64,000 bases of DNA from positions 1-64,000 of IMG/VR virus record IMGVR_UViG_3300030380_006185; one strand, given 5' to 3'. Source of the DNA: a virus. Position 1 is the stretch's first letter. The number at the start of each line of letters is the position of its first letter. A model generated the notes under the pieces. The model was not told the origin of the DNA. It searched no databases and was given only the letters and a program-made list of their open reading frames with translations. Positions 49,158 to 58,353 of the stretch are shown one piece after another. The position numbers and the translations under genes are program-made.

Positions 49158-50492
49158 TTAATCTGCTTTTAAATTATTTTGTTGTATATAAAATACTAAT
49201 TCATCAATAAGTATTTGATCAATTGAACTAAAAGAATATTCTCCTTTCAACATTGTTACTCCTTGTTTATTTTGAGCTATAGCTCTTCTACGTTTTAATG
49301 TATTAGTTGTTTTTTCAGTTTCCACACCCATTTTAAATCCATTTACATTTGTTACTACAGGAGATAACTGTTGGGATTGTTCTTGAGTGAAATCTATTAA
49401 TTCTGAAGATATTTGGTTTTGTTGGGTCCCATCTAAAGAAGAACAATATTCTGTTACTAGATCTAAAAGTTTTAATATATTTAAAACTTGTAATAACACA
49501 TTTCTTAATAAAACTAAAATAGATAATAATATAGAATTAGCAAAAGAAAGTTTAGGAATTAGTTCTTCCAAAAATCCTATAGCATTTCTAACAGAATTAA
49601 CAAGAGTAGCACTAGCAATAGGAACATTTTTTAAAATTGGAAGTAATATTTCAATTGGGGTTAAAATTGCTTGAGTTATAGACAATATTTCTGTTGTTCT
49701 ATTAATAGTTTTAAAAACATCATTAATTTGTTTTACAAGTTTATTTTTTGTTTCTATAATCTTAGATAAATCTTCTTGAGGGGGGCAAGTTATAAGTTGC
49801 TTTAATTCATCAGTAATCCCATCTTTATTTTCTTCTATTAATTGTTTTACTTTAGAAACACCATATTGTGCTAATAATCCAAGTAATAAAGGAATAACTA
49901 ATTTTTTTAAATTATCTATAGATACATTTAATTCTTTTTCTATATGGAATTCTATTGTTACATCCTTTTCTACATATTCTTTAGTTTCTCTATCTTCAAA
50001 TTTAAAAAATTCTCTTATATCTTCAAGTAAAGATATATCAGTTGAATCTAATTTAATAATTCCTAAATCTTTTTTAACATCTGTTGTTGATGTATATGGA
50101 ATGATTGTTAAAGGAGAATATTTTCTTTTAATAATGTTAACTGGGAATTTGGTTGGGTTAAATGGGGTATTTAATATTGAAGGAACTTTTATTTCAAATT
50201 CTCCTTTTTCATTTGTTCTTTTAGGTATTTTTAAAACATTTAAAACAGTTACTCCTTTTATAGGTGTAAGAGTTTCAGAATCTACTATTGTACCTTTTAT
50301 AGGAACAAATTCAATAGTTTTAGGGGAAGTATCTTCTGAAGAGGTTGTTTCAGTTTCAGTTTCATTACTACCAGTTTCTAAAGATGAAAGTATAAGATCA
50401 GAATAAGGGACATTTAAAATCTCTAAAATCTTAGATAAATCAATTGAAGCTGTTACTTCTATTGATGATGTTATTTGATATTCTTCAGACAT
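49158..50492 (-). CDS. Baseplate-region protein with carboxypeptidase-regulatory-like domain and long hydrophobic helices
   Basis: IKGTIVDSET..PIKGVTV...TNEKGEFEI. Confidence 0.55.
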   Translation of the reverse strand: MSEEYQITSSIEVTASIDLSKILEILNVPYSDLILSSLETGSNETETETTSSEDTSPKTIEFVPIKGTIVDSETLTPIKGVTVLNVLKIPKRTNEKGEFEIKVPSILNTPFNPTKFPVNIIKRKYSPLTIIPYTSTTDVKKDLGIIKLDSTDISLLEDIREFFKFEDRETKEYVEKDVTIEFHIEKELNVSIDNLKKLVIPLLLGLLAQYGVSKVKQLIEENKDGITDELKQLITCPPQEDLSKIIETKNKLVKQINDVFKTINRTTEILSITQAILTPIEILLPILKNVPIASATLVNSVRNAIGFLEELIPKLSFANSILLSILVLLRNVLLQVLNILKLLDLVTEYCSSLDGTQQNQISSELIDFTQEQSQQLSPVVTNVNGFKMGVETEKTTNTLKRRRAIAQNKQGVTMLKGEYSFSSIDQILIDELVFYIQQNNLKAD

Positions 50493-51826
50493 TATTTAAC
50501 TTTAGAAGTATATGATTTTAAACTATCAGGTTTACTTTCGTCTAAATTTAATTGTTTTAATAAATCTTGTAATGTAGTTTTAGCATTTGTAGCAATTGTA
50601 TTATTAGAAGTAACCAATGCTCCTTGTGGCCAATTTTTTTCAACTTCTAATATTTGGGCTAATTTTTCTACAGATTCAACTAAACTTTTAAGTAAACTAA
50701 CAGTAATATTACCTTTTAAAATTGGTTCTTTTGCATCATTACTACCTAATCTAATTTTATTTGAGCCAATATAAAAAGCAGGAGATGTTATCCCAACTCC
50801 TCCTTTTTGTTCTCCTGTTTCAGAATCTATTTCTCCTTCTATTGAAATAGATAATTGTTTTTTAGCACTTAATAATATGCTATTTTCTTGAGCATTAATT
50901 ACTATTCTATCTGAATTTATAGCTATTTGGGGTTTTGAATATAAACTTGGAGGTATAGGTTGAAAAGAACTAGGGAAAGCACTATAGTTTTCATTTCCAG
51001 CAACTTTAAAGCCTTTAAGTTGTTGTGTAGAAGTTAAATAAATTGAAGATAAATCATTTCTAATATCCTCAACAATAGGTTCAATACCAACAGTATTTAA
51101 TACTTTACTTTGTCCATTTCTAATTATCATTATAGGATCACCATTATTTCCTATTGATGAATAATTATTTTGAATGCGACTTTTTGATTTAGTTGTTGAG
51201 CCAAATCTTATACTTTGCCCCCATCTTCCTTCATATAAAATATCTCCACTATAATACATTAAAGACTTAATATTATCTTTTTCTATAAAAGTGTTTTGAG
51301 AAGGGTTTGACGAATTAATTACATTTTTTAATTCTTCTGATTCTTTTTCATCTTTTATATTAAAAACTCCCAGTTCAGAAACATCCTCATATGACATTTG
51401 TTGAGAAGAAGGTTGGGTATTTACTGTTGGAGATGGTGATTGATTTGAATGGGGGGATAATACTCCATAATCACTTATTGGGGTAGATTCATATACCCAA
51501 ACAGGGGTTGGAGAATTAGGAGCAGAATTAGAAAAACATTTTACATTTTCTCCAGGAATTGGAAAATTTTTACTATTTGGGTTTGAAGGTTTTGCTATAT
51601 AGGTTCTAGGGGTAGCAGAATTTTGTAATGTTTTTTCGACCCCAAATATAGTACCTATCTGTGAGAAACCTAAGTTAGGGTTAAATTTAGGATGGTTTTC
51701 ATCTAAAATAATGTCTTTTACTTTTAATATTAGATTAGTTTTAGGTGAAGAAAAACCCCCGGTATTCCCCATACTTCCACCTAAGGAATTATTAACCATA
51801 TTACCTAATCCAAATTTATGTGACAT
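50492..51826 (-). CDS. Baseplate hub/spike protein (gp5/gpV-like)
   Basis: FPIPGE.V OB-fold motif; GD..YEGRWGQSIRFGS; INSDRIVINA; IRLG..A.EPILKG. Confidence 0.7.
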   Translation of the reverse strand: MSHKFGLGNMVNNSLGGSMGNTGGFSSPKTNLILKVKDIILDENHPKFNPNLGFSQIGTIFGVEKTLQNSATPRTYIAKPSNPNSKNFPIPGENVKCFSNSAPNSPTPVWVYESTPISDYGVLSPHSNQSPSPTVNTQPSSQQMSYEDVSELGVFNIKDEKESEELKNVINSSNPSQNTFIEKDNIKSLMYYSGDILYEGRWGQSIRFGSTTKSKSRIQNNYSSIGNNGDPIMIIRNGQSKVLNTVGIEPIVEDIRNDLSSIYLTSTQQLKGFKVAGNENYSAFPSSFQPIPPSLYSKPQIAINSDRIVINAQENSILLSAKKQLSISIEGEIDSETGEQKGGVGITSPAFYIGSNKIRLGSNDAKEPILKGNITVSLLKSLVESVEKLAQILEVEKNWPQGALVTSNNTIATNAKTTLQDLLKQLNLDESKPDSLKSYTSKVK

Positions 51827-52164
51827 TATTTTTTAGGTTTAAATTTTTCTATTTCTTTAAAAAGTTGAGCTTTTTCTTCTTCGGTCATACCAAAACCTTC
51901 TTCTTCGGATTTATTAGAAGCAAGAGTACGTTGAACAATAGTAGCCATTTTAACTAATTGCTCATCATTTTTAATTCCAAGTTCCATATATTCTTTAATA
52001 AGAGGTACTACTAAAGTAGCATCTCCTAAATCATTAATTAAAGGTTTTAATTCTCCTATTAAAGCTGAAATTTGTGTTTCTTTTCTTTTTTGGTTGTCAT
52101 AAATTTCTTTTAGAATATCAGAAAATTTTTTCTTCCCAAAAACATTTGATTCTAGGTTTCCCAT
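51826..52164 (-). CDS. Hypothetical helical late protein
   Basis: VPLIKEYME.GIKNDEQLVK; late-promoter motif upstream. Confidence 0.6.
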   Translation of the reverse strand: MGNLESNVFGKKKFSDILKEIYDNQKRKETQISALIGELKPLINDLGDATLVVPLIKEYMELGIKNDEQLVKMATIVQRTLASNKSEEEGFGMTEEEKAQLFKEIEKFKPKK

Positions 52165-52174
52165 GTCATTTATT

Positions 52175-52182
52175 TATAAATA
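52175..52182 (-). promoter_or_regulatory. Late promoter motif TATTTATA
   Basis: Upstream of ATG 52164. Confidence 0.7.
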
Positions 52183-52198
52183 TGAAACTATAAAAGAA

Positions 52199-53074
52199 TT
52201 AGAAATTAATATACCCGTTTTCTATATAGAAAATATAATGTTTTTTAAAAATAGCATATAGATTATTAGCTATTTTAGTTATTTTAGGGGTTTTAACATT
52301 AGGTAACATTTCATGTATATAAATGTATAAAGCTTTCTTATTGAATACATCTATAGAATCTCTTTTTCTAAATAATTCTAATATTGAATCCGCTATTTGT
52401 GCGTCAATATTTTTAGGATATAAAGTAAAGATATTATCCGAGATATATTTAACATATTCATCTATAAAATAAGATAATTTATCATTAGGAGATAATTCTA
52501 AAGAATAAGAATGGGTGTCATCTTTTTCTAATTCACCAACAGGAACAGAAGAAACCTTCTTTTTATAATTTTTTTCATTATATAAAATACACCACCTTTT
52601 TACAATAGTTCCAAAATATGAATATGCCTTAGCTGGGGTTATTTTTATTAATTTATTATAACATTCAGGGGATACATTAAGAGTATTAACATATTCTTGT
52701 ATCTCTTGTGGGGAGCATTTTATTTCATTTTCAGGCATGTAATCAATAAAACTTCCACTATATGGTTCATTAAATTCTTTATGTATTATTTTTCTTATCT
52801 TATTATCTGCACTTTTTACAGGGTGAAATAGTTTCATTTTTTCTAAAAGAAATACTTCAATTTCATGTTGTAAATGTTCTAAATTTTCTACTTCTGTATG
52901 GTAAAATTTAAATGTGTGGATAATGTTTTGGGTAAGTTTAAAGAAAGGGTAATGTATTTCTTTTTCATATATTTTACTTCTTTGGTGAGGACAAGAAGTA
53001 CTATTATATAACATAATAGCATTCTCTGTATCCTTAGTAAAGTAATTTTTACTTTTTGCTTTTCGCGGGGCCAT
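52199..53074 (-). CDS. Late-transcription sigma factor (T4 gp55-like)
   Basis: KNYF..., region-2-like KAYSYFGTIVKR..I..N; matching late-promoter motif across the window. Confidence 0.7.
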   Translation of the reverse strand: MAPRKAKSKNYFTKDTENAIMLYNSTSCPHQRSKIYEKEIHYPFFKLTQNIIHTFKFYHTEVENLEHLQHEIEVFLLEKMKLFHPVKSADNKIRKIIHKEFNEPYSGSFIDYMPENEIKCSPQEIQEYVNTLNVSPECYNKLIKITPAKAYSYFGTIVKRWCILYNEKNYKKKVSSVPVGELEKDDTHSYSLELSPNDKLSYFIDEYVKYISDNIFTLYPKNIDAQIADSILELFRKRDSIDVFNKKALYIYIHEMLPNVKTPKITKIANNLYAIFKKHYIFYIENGYINF

Positions 53075-53077
53075 AAT

Positions 53078-53365
53078 TTATTTTATCTTTTTTACTGTAA
53101 ATTCATTTAAAATATCTTGTATTTTTAAAATTGAATCAAATATAACCCCTACATCATCATCTTTTTCAAATATTCTCTTATTATCTACTTCTTTTAATTT
53201 TTTATTAGATATTTCAATTACTCTAGAAAACTTATCTAAATATTCCATGTAACCTAAAAGAATATCTTCTGATTTTTCTTGTTTTTTCATCAAATTGTAA
53301 GTTGTCCATCCTAAAATTACAATTACAACTGAAAGTACACAAACTGTTATTATTAAAGGTATCAT
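53078..53365 (-). CDS. Single-TM coiled-coil protein
   Basis: Hydrophobic N-terminus; FEKDDDVG. Confidence 0.6.
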   Translation of the reverse strand: MIPLIITVCVLSVVIVILGWTTYNLMKKQEKSEDILLGYMEYLDKFSRVIEISNKKLKEVDNKRIFEKDDDVGVIFDSILKIQDILNEFTVKKIK

Positions 53366-54156
53366 AAGTTGTCTAACATATTTTTCAAACCATCACTTTT
53401 CATCGAACCTAAAGCTTTTGTTTTAGTGGACAATTTTTTAGATGAGTTTGGTGTTGTTCCTAATGTATAATTTTCCTTTAGCTTCTCCACGGACCCTTGT
53501 TCCCCATTTAATTTTGGTAACCATTCACGTTCAAACTCAACACGAGCTGCCATTAAATCAGCTTGATGAATTATAAAAGGTAAGGATGTACGTGGTTTTT
53601 GTTCTGGCATGAATGCAAATAAATATTTTTTATTCGCTTCATCATATAAACCATCATGTGTCTGGATAGCTAACATTTCATTAAATGAATATTGTATACC
53701 ATGTGATTGGAGTAAAAATAATCCTCTATCAGGAACAGATGCAAATGGTACTTTTTTATTAAACATATAATCTTCACCTAACTTATCACGTCTCCATTTA
53801 TCAGTCTGAGGGATATATGATTCATTTTCTTCATCACCCATTTTACCTAAATCATGATTAATAGCAGAGAATACTAATTCTTCAATAGTAAATGTAGATC
53901 TATCCATTTCAAATTCACACCATACATCATAAATTCTAAATGATGCTGCAACAACACGATTTACATGATCTACATACCCTCCTGGAAAAGCATTATGGTA
54001 TTCTTTTTTATGAGCAGCAGGCATTAACATTATACGATCTTCATATTTTTTATAAAAATCTAATAGTTTTTCTTTTCTAGGGGAAGAAATATGTTGTTCA
54101 ATATTGGTTAAAAATATTCCCCAATTTGCTTGGATGTGTTCTGGTTTTAATTTCAT
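53362..54156 (-). CDS. HD-domain phosphohydrolase (YhaM-like)
   Basis: PAA...YHNAFPGG..DH, HDLGK, HDG, HQAD. Confidence 0.88.
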   Translation of the reverse strand: MKLKPEHIQANWGIFLTNIEQHISSPRKEKLLDFYKKYEDRIMLMPAAHKKEYHNAFPGGYVDHVNRVVAASFRIYDVWCEFEMDRSTFTIEELVFSAINHDLGKMGDEENESYIPQTDKWRRDKLGEDYMFNKKVPFASVPDRGLFLLQSHGIQYSFNEMLAIQTHDGLYDEANKKYLFAFMPEQKPRTSLPFIIHQADLMAARVEFEREWLPKLNGEQGSVEKLKENYTLGTTPNSSKKLSTKTKALGSMKSDGLKNMLDNL

Positions 54157-54171
54157 AACTTTTATTTTAAT

Positions 54172-54339
54172 TTAATTTTCTCTTTCTACTATTGATTCCA
54201 TATCCTGCCTTAATTCAAGTGTTTCATTTAAAAGTTCTCTTGCTTTAGAAACATTGTTTTCACTAAGAGATAATCTAATCTTTTTAAGCATACCCTCTAA
54301 AGTTTGCATGCGTCTCAATAATAATTTTTTATTTTTCAT
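54172..54339 (-). CDS. Small helical protein, 55 aa (not in ORF track)
   Basis: MKNKKLLLRRMQTLEG...IVEREN; fills intergenic gap. Confidence 0.6.
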   Translation of the reverse strand: MKNKKLLLRRMQTLEGMLKKIRLSLSENNVSKARELLNETLELRQDMESIVEREN

Positions 54340-54440
54340 ATTTTATTTAATTATTTTTTTTATTTTTATATTAAACATTTTAAATTTTTATGTTTAAATA
54401 ATCAAATATAAATTAAAGGTAATAAGGATATTTTAGAAAA

Positions 54441-54899
54441 TCAAGTTTTCTTTAAATTTTTTAGAAAAAGATGTTTTTCTGTTAAATCTTGTACTTTTTT
54501 TAATAACCCACATTTTTCGTATTCTTCAATTTCTTCAAAATGTTCAATAGAAAGTTTGATACATTCAACTATTTCTTCATCACAATAGTAATCTATAGCA
54601 CTTATCCAATCCTCATTACCAAAATCTATTTCCTGAACCCAATAATATGCCCTGGAATATAACATATAGTCTCCTATTTCATCCAGCCCAGTATTAAAAT
54701 CATTGTCTAGGTTTGAATTGGTAAAAAATCCCATAAGTTGTTGTTGAAAATTTTGACCATTTACCAACATTTTATAAAACATCCCAAACTTAAAATGTGG
54801 AGATTCTTTAAAACTATCTACTTCTTCTTGTAATTTTTTTACAGAATTGTCGTTATCTTTGTTAAATCCAAATAAACCAAATATTTCGTTTATATTCAT
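54441..54899 (-). CDS. Hypothetical protein with UVR-like C-terminal helical hairpin
   Basis: FEEIEEYEKCGLLK. Confidence 0.6.
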   Translation of the reverse strand: MNINEIFGLFGFNKDNDNSVKKLQEEVDSFKESPHFKFGMFYKMLVNGQNFQQQLMGFFTNSNLDNDFNTGLDEIGDYMLYSRAYYWVQEIDFGNEDWISAIDYYCDEEIVECIKLSIEHFEEIEEYEKCGLLKKVQDLTEKHLFLKNLKKT

Positions 54900-54921
54900 A
54901 TTTTATGATTAAATAAACGTA

Positions 54922-55170
54922 TTAATTAACAGATCTTAAACGAATTATATCCAATTCTACACTACTAATTTCTCTTTCTATTTTATCTATTTGAGAGATA
55001 ATTTCGTCATATTCTTTAATAGGATTAATAAAATTTTCATTACCAGGGTGGTATCTCCAAATTTCATCTCTAATAAGGTGTATATTTGTTAATGTATTTT
55101 GTAAATTTAATAACTTATCTTGTAAATCATGTAATTCCATTTGGTATGTTTTTTGATAAATATTAATCAT
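54922..55170 (-). CDS. Coiled-coil hypothetical protein (likely start 55140)
   Basis: WRYHPGN flanked by helices. Confidence 0.55.
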   Translation of the reverse strand: MINIYQKTYQMELHDLQDKLLNLQNTLTNIHLIRDEIWRYHPGNENFINPIKEYDEIISQIDKIEREISSVELDIIRLRSVN

Positions 55171-55615
55171 ATTGTAAACCTATTTCTTTAATAACACTTT
55201 TTGTTTTTTCTATATCAATCTTAAAAAATTCCCTATCATTATTTATACGATATTTTTGTAATTTTTTATGAGTAGCCCGTTCAATTCTTTCACCATTAAA
55301 ACAATTATAAGAAAATACTACTTTATATGGGGTTGGAACACCTGTTGCTTTACTTAACTTATCGGCTCTATCATTTGGGTCACCCTTAGTATATCCTATT
55401 TTTAATATACCTGGCATTGAGGGATTTTCTAGAACATATACTGATTGATCTCCATTCCCTCCATCTATGCTTTGTCTTAATCTATAAGTATAGTATTCTA
55501 TTTTTTCCCAACCATTTTTTTCAACTTTAACCGTAAAATGTGAAGGGGGAAGTGAAGTGCGAGTGCGATCGTAAGGTACAAATTTTTTAGCTTCTTCATT
55601 TGTAATTCTTTTCAT
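55163..55615 (-). CDS. T5orf172/MUG113-type GIY-YIG protein
   Basis: VYVLENPSMPGILKIGYT...R...L...TGVPTP...E...H...REFF. Confidence 0.88.
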   Translation of the reverse strand: MKRITNEEAKKFVPYDRTRTSLPPSHFTVKVEKNGWEKIEYYTYRLRQSIDGGNGDQSVYVLENPSMPGILKIGYTKGDPNDRADKLSKATGVPTPYKVVFSYNCFNGERIERATHKKLQKYRINNDREFFKIDIEKTKSVIKEIGLQYD

Positions 55616-55617
55616 TA

Positions 55618-55857
55618 TTAAAATCTTGCATTAGCACTAGAACCTTTATACCATGGTAATCCTTCACGTCTTCTTAAAGCATCTTTATACTCTGGTTCTG
55701 ACATTTTAATACCATTTAAATAATATTCACGTTTTCTCATATTACCTTCTGGGATTAGTGCTGGTCCTTCCCAATTGTGTAGTTTCCCATTAAACATATA
55801 CATTATAGTTCCGTCTGCTGTGGTTAATTTTCTTGATTTGAATTCTTTATTCTCCAT
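55618..55857 (-). CDS. Small beta-hairpin repeat protein
   Basis: NGKLHNWEGPA...EYYLNG motif. Confidence 0.65.
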   Translation of the reverse strand: MENKEFKSRKLTTADGTIMYMFNGKLHNWEGPALIPEGNMRKREYYLNGIKMSEPEYKDALRRREGLPWYKGSSANARF

Positions 55858-56026
55858 CGTTTTTGAAAATTAATGGGTTAATAAATCTTTCTCCTACAAA
55901 ACAACCTGATATAAATGGGAGAACAATAAACCCTGTAAAAAAGTAAGAAACAAATAATCCTATTGCAATTGCTCCAATAATTAAATCTCCTACTCTTTTT
56001 TTATTCATTTTAATTAATTCTAACAT
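55847..56026 (-). CDS. Small membrane protein, 59 aa (not in ORF track)
   Basis: MLELIKMNKKRVGDLIIGAIAIGLFVSYFFTGFIVLPFISGCF...; promoter upstream. Confidence 0.55.
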   Translation of the reverse strand: MLELIKMNKKRVGDLIIGAIAIGLFVSYFFTGFIVLPFISGCFVGERFINPLIFKNDGE

Positions 56027-56045
56027 AACTTTTATTTTTTAAATT

Positions 56046-56083
56046 TATACCTTAGTATACGAAATATCTTTATAATCTCCAAA
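56046..56083 (-). promoter_or_regulatory. Host-type (Bacteroidota sigma-A-like) promoter
   Basis: TTTG-N20-TATACTAA. Confidence 0.5.
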
Positions 56084-56088
56084 TATTA

Positions 56089-56904
56089 TTATGGAGTTTC
56101 TTCTATTCTATCTGTTTCTAATACATTAGCTGAGGTCATAATGTAACTTGCATTATCAAAACAATTCAATTCAGTCCAATTCCCAGAAAATGACCCACTT
56201 AAACCATTACCTCCCATTTGCCACCATGCTATACCATTTGCAACTTGAGAATGATTATTTAAATCAGTTGGGGTTCCTAAATTATATATTTCATCTATTT
56301 CACTTTGATTCATAGCAACATTCCATATAGAAATATTTTGTAAAGAACCAGAATAATTAGCAGTTCCAGATGGTGTTGTTGCTCCTATTATAACCTCTTG
56401 AGAATTAGTTCCTAATGATGCAAAAGAAGTTGTTAAACTATCTTCCTCAACCCCATTAATATACATTTTTGCTACTTGAGATTCATATGTAACTAATACA
56501 TGATACCAAATATCAGTTGAAGGAATATTGGATGCTTGTAATCTAAATCTAGTATTACTGTTTTTTAAATCAAAACTCATTAAACCAGGTACATTATTAT
56601 CATGATATAGTCCCCATCCATTACCCGAATTTGCACCAAGATTACCACTTGATTTATCTATTATAACTTCATCTGCCGGTGGTTGTAACTCATGAGGTCT
56701 AACCCATGCAGATATAGTAAATAAAGAAGTTAAATCAAAAATAGATTGATCAGGTGTTGAAAAATAAGGTTCAGAAGGATATTCTCTAAATTCAAAAGAA
56801 TATTGATTATTATATGAAGGACTACTCCCAGAAGAAGGTAGTTCAAATGAATTACAAATTCCTGCTCCCTTAAGTTGCGCAGGTGTTAATGTATAAATAG
56901 CCAT
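56089..56904 (-). CDS. LamG/concanavalin-A-like domain protein
   Basis: FTISAWV, WYHVLVTY, MYING, IGA, ISIWN. Confidence 0.85.
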   Translation of the reverse strand: MAIYTLTPAQLKGAGICNSFELPSSGSSPSYNNQYSFEFREYPSEPYFSTPDQSIFDLTSLFTISAWVRPHELQPPADEVIIDKSSGNLGANSGNGWGLYHDNNVPGLMSFDLKNSNTRFRLQASNIPSTDIWYHVLVTYESQVAKMYINGVEEDSLTTSFASLGTNSQEVIIGATTPSGTANYSGSLQNISIWNVAMNQSEIDEIYNLGTPTDLNNHSQVANGIAWWQMGGNGLSGSFSGNWTELNCFDNASYIMTSANVLETDRIEETP

Positions 56905-56916
56905 ACGTATATATTA

Positions 56917-57204
56917 TTAAGTTGTTATAATTACAGTAAATTCACCAGTTCCCCTAAATTTTACCCCACAAACAGGAACATCAACCGCATTATTAAAGTT
57001 AAAAGATGACGTACCGGGAGGTATAACTTGACTCCATATATAATCAGATTGAACCACATGATCAGGATTAGAATTAACAAAACCATCAAATGAACCCGAT
57101 GCGTATTTACCCGAACTAGAGTCATAAAAACCATTATAATTCCTTACGGTCTCAAAGGTAAAATATGATGAACCTGAAGGATTATGAAATGTATAATTTG
57201 CCAT
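56917..57204 (-). CDS. Small beta-rich late protein
   Basis: Late-promoter motifs at 57215 and 57267. Confidence 0.55.
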   Translation of the reverse strand: MANYTFHNPSGSSYFTFETVRNYNGFYDSSSGKYASGSFDGFVNSNPDHVVQSDYIWSQVIPPGTSSFNFNNAVDVPVCGVKFRGTGEFTVIITT

Positions 57205-57214
57205 GTAATTTTAT

Positions 57215-57222
57215 TATAAATA
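57215..57222 (-). promoter_or_regulatory. Late promoter motif TATTTATA
   Basis: Upstream of ATG 57204; second copy at 57267-57274. Confidence 0.65.
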
Positions 57223-57284
57223 TGTGGGTGAACAAGTAGGTTTTAAGCTGGGTATAATGCAAGGCATATAAATATATACATTAT

Positions 57285-57743
57285 CTATGGTTTCTTTTTT
57301 AAGAGATTCTTTTTGTATATTAACAAGTGGAGATGATAAGAACATAATGTTGAAACAGCGATAACTTCACTCCAAAATAAATTAAAAGGAAGTAATATCA
57401 TTGCTATCCCATAAACTATTATATATCCCCCTAAACGTTGAGTCTCCCATAACGCCTGTAGTGAGAAGAAGAAAAATAATCCCGCAAATATATTATGTAA
57501 TATTCCAAAATCAACTACTGAAAATGATGTTAATAACATTAGGAATATACTTGCTTTTTTCCAATTTTTTATCTCAAATAGCAGATATGCTGTTATTGTG
57601 TTTGAAATGATAAAAAGTGGTTGTAATGGGGTGGTCCAATACTGAGAGATTGAATTTAATTCCCCGTAGGTAATTAACATTATAAACGGAGATATTCCGA
57701 TTAATAATATTGCTAATACCTTTAAGTAAAATTCTTTTCCCAT
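57285..57743 (-). CDS. Multi-pass membrane protein (DUF998-like)
   Basis: About 5 hydrophobic segments; SISQYW and LHNIFA. Confidence 0.65.
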   Translation of the reverse strand: MGKEFYLKVLAILLIGISPFIMLITYGELNSISQYWTTPLQPLFIISNTITAYLLFEIKNWKKASIFLMLLTSFSVVDFGILHNIFAGLFFFFSLQALWETQRLGGYIIVYGIAMILLPFNLFWSEVIAVSTLCSYHLHLLIYKKNLLKKKP

Positions 57744-57749
57744 ATCAAT

Positions 57750-57757
57750 TATAAATA
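57750..57757 (-). promoter_or_regulatory. Late promoter motif TATTTATA
   Basis: Upstream of ATG 57743. Confidence 0.65.
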
Positions 57758-57779
57758 TATGTCTGTATATACTTTGTTC

Positions 57780-58058
57780 GATGAAAAAAAATTTTTATGA
57801 AAAAAAGATTTGGGATACGTGGGAAAACAAAAAATTACCCATTTTGAAAATTATGTTTACATCGTGGGGATATTCGTATATACTAGTCGATATTGGTAGA
57901 TCGTTTACGATTTATGAGTGTGTCTAATCCGGCTTTTTCCACCACATACCCGCGTATTGACAACCGCGCGCGTGGTACGGTATTACCATAGTATTACCAT
58001 ATATATACCATATATATACCGCCGCACGCGGTACGGCATAAAGGGGTACTACCCCCTT
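57780..58058. other. GC-rich non-coding island with 11-bp-period direct repeats and hairpins
   Basis: taccata x3 plus tacc at 11-nt spacing, flanked by cgcgtg/cacgcg and cggta/taccg; hairpin aaggggt/accccctt. Confidence 0.6.
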
Positions 58059-58191
58059 AACACCAATCTATATTCAAACTAAATTTTAAAAACCTAAATA
58101 CAACAAATTGCCATTTTAAATCTACTATTATTGTTGGTATTATGTACCAACTATCGTCTATATCCCAATGCTTTTTTACCTTTACTTTCAT
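58057..58191 (-). CDS. Micro-ORF, 44 aa
   Basis: MKVKVKKHWDIDDSWYIIPTII...; TAA-T-ATG coupling. Confidence 0.55.
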   Translation of the reverse strand: MKVKVKKHWDIDDSWYIIPTIIVDLKWQFVVFRFLKFSLNIDWC

Positions 58192-58192
58192 A

Positions 58193-58261
58193 TTACTTAT
58201 TTAAATTTTTAATCATATAACCTAATATTAAACTAAAATATTTATATTTATCCTTTTCCAT
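58193..58261 (-). CDS. Micro-ORF, 22 aa
   Basis: MEKDKYKYFSLILGYMIKNLNK; TAA-T-ATG coupling. Confidence 0.45.
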   Translation of the reverse strand: MEKDKYKYFSLILGYMIKNLNK

Positions 58262-58262
58262 A

Positions 58263-58352
58263 TTATTTATTTAAATTTTTAAAAAAAATATAACCAAGTA
58301 TACAACTAAAACACATTATAAACACAACCCATATTGCTATACCAACTACCAT
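58263..58352 (-). CDS. Micro-ORF, 29 aa membrane peptide
   Basis: MVVGIAIWVVFIMCFSCILGYIFFKNLNK; TAA-T-ATG coupling. Confidence 0.5.
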   Translation of the reverse strand: MVVGIAIWVVFIMCFSCILGYIFFKNLNK

Positions 58353-58353
58353 A

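Noticed and set aside
51826-52164. Terminase small subunit
   Set aside because: Size and helicity fit, but there is no recognisable motif and it is not adjacent to terL
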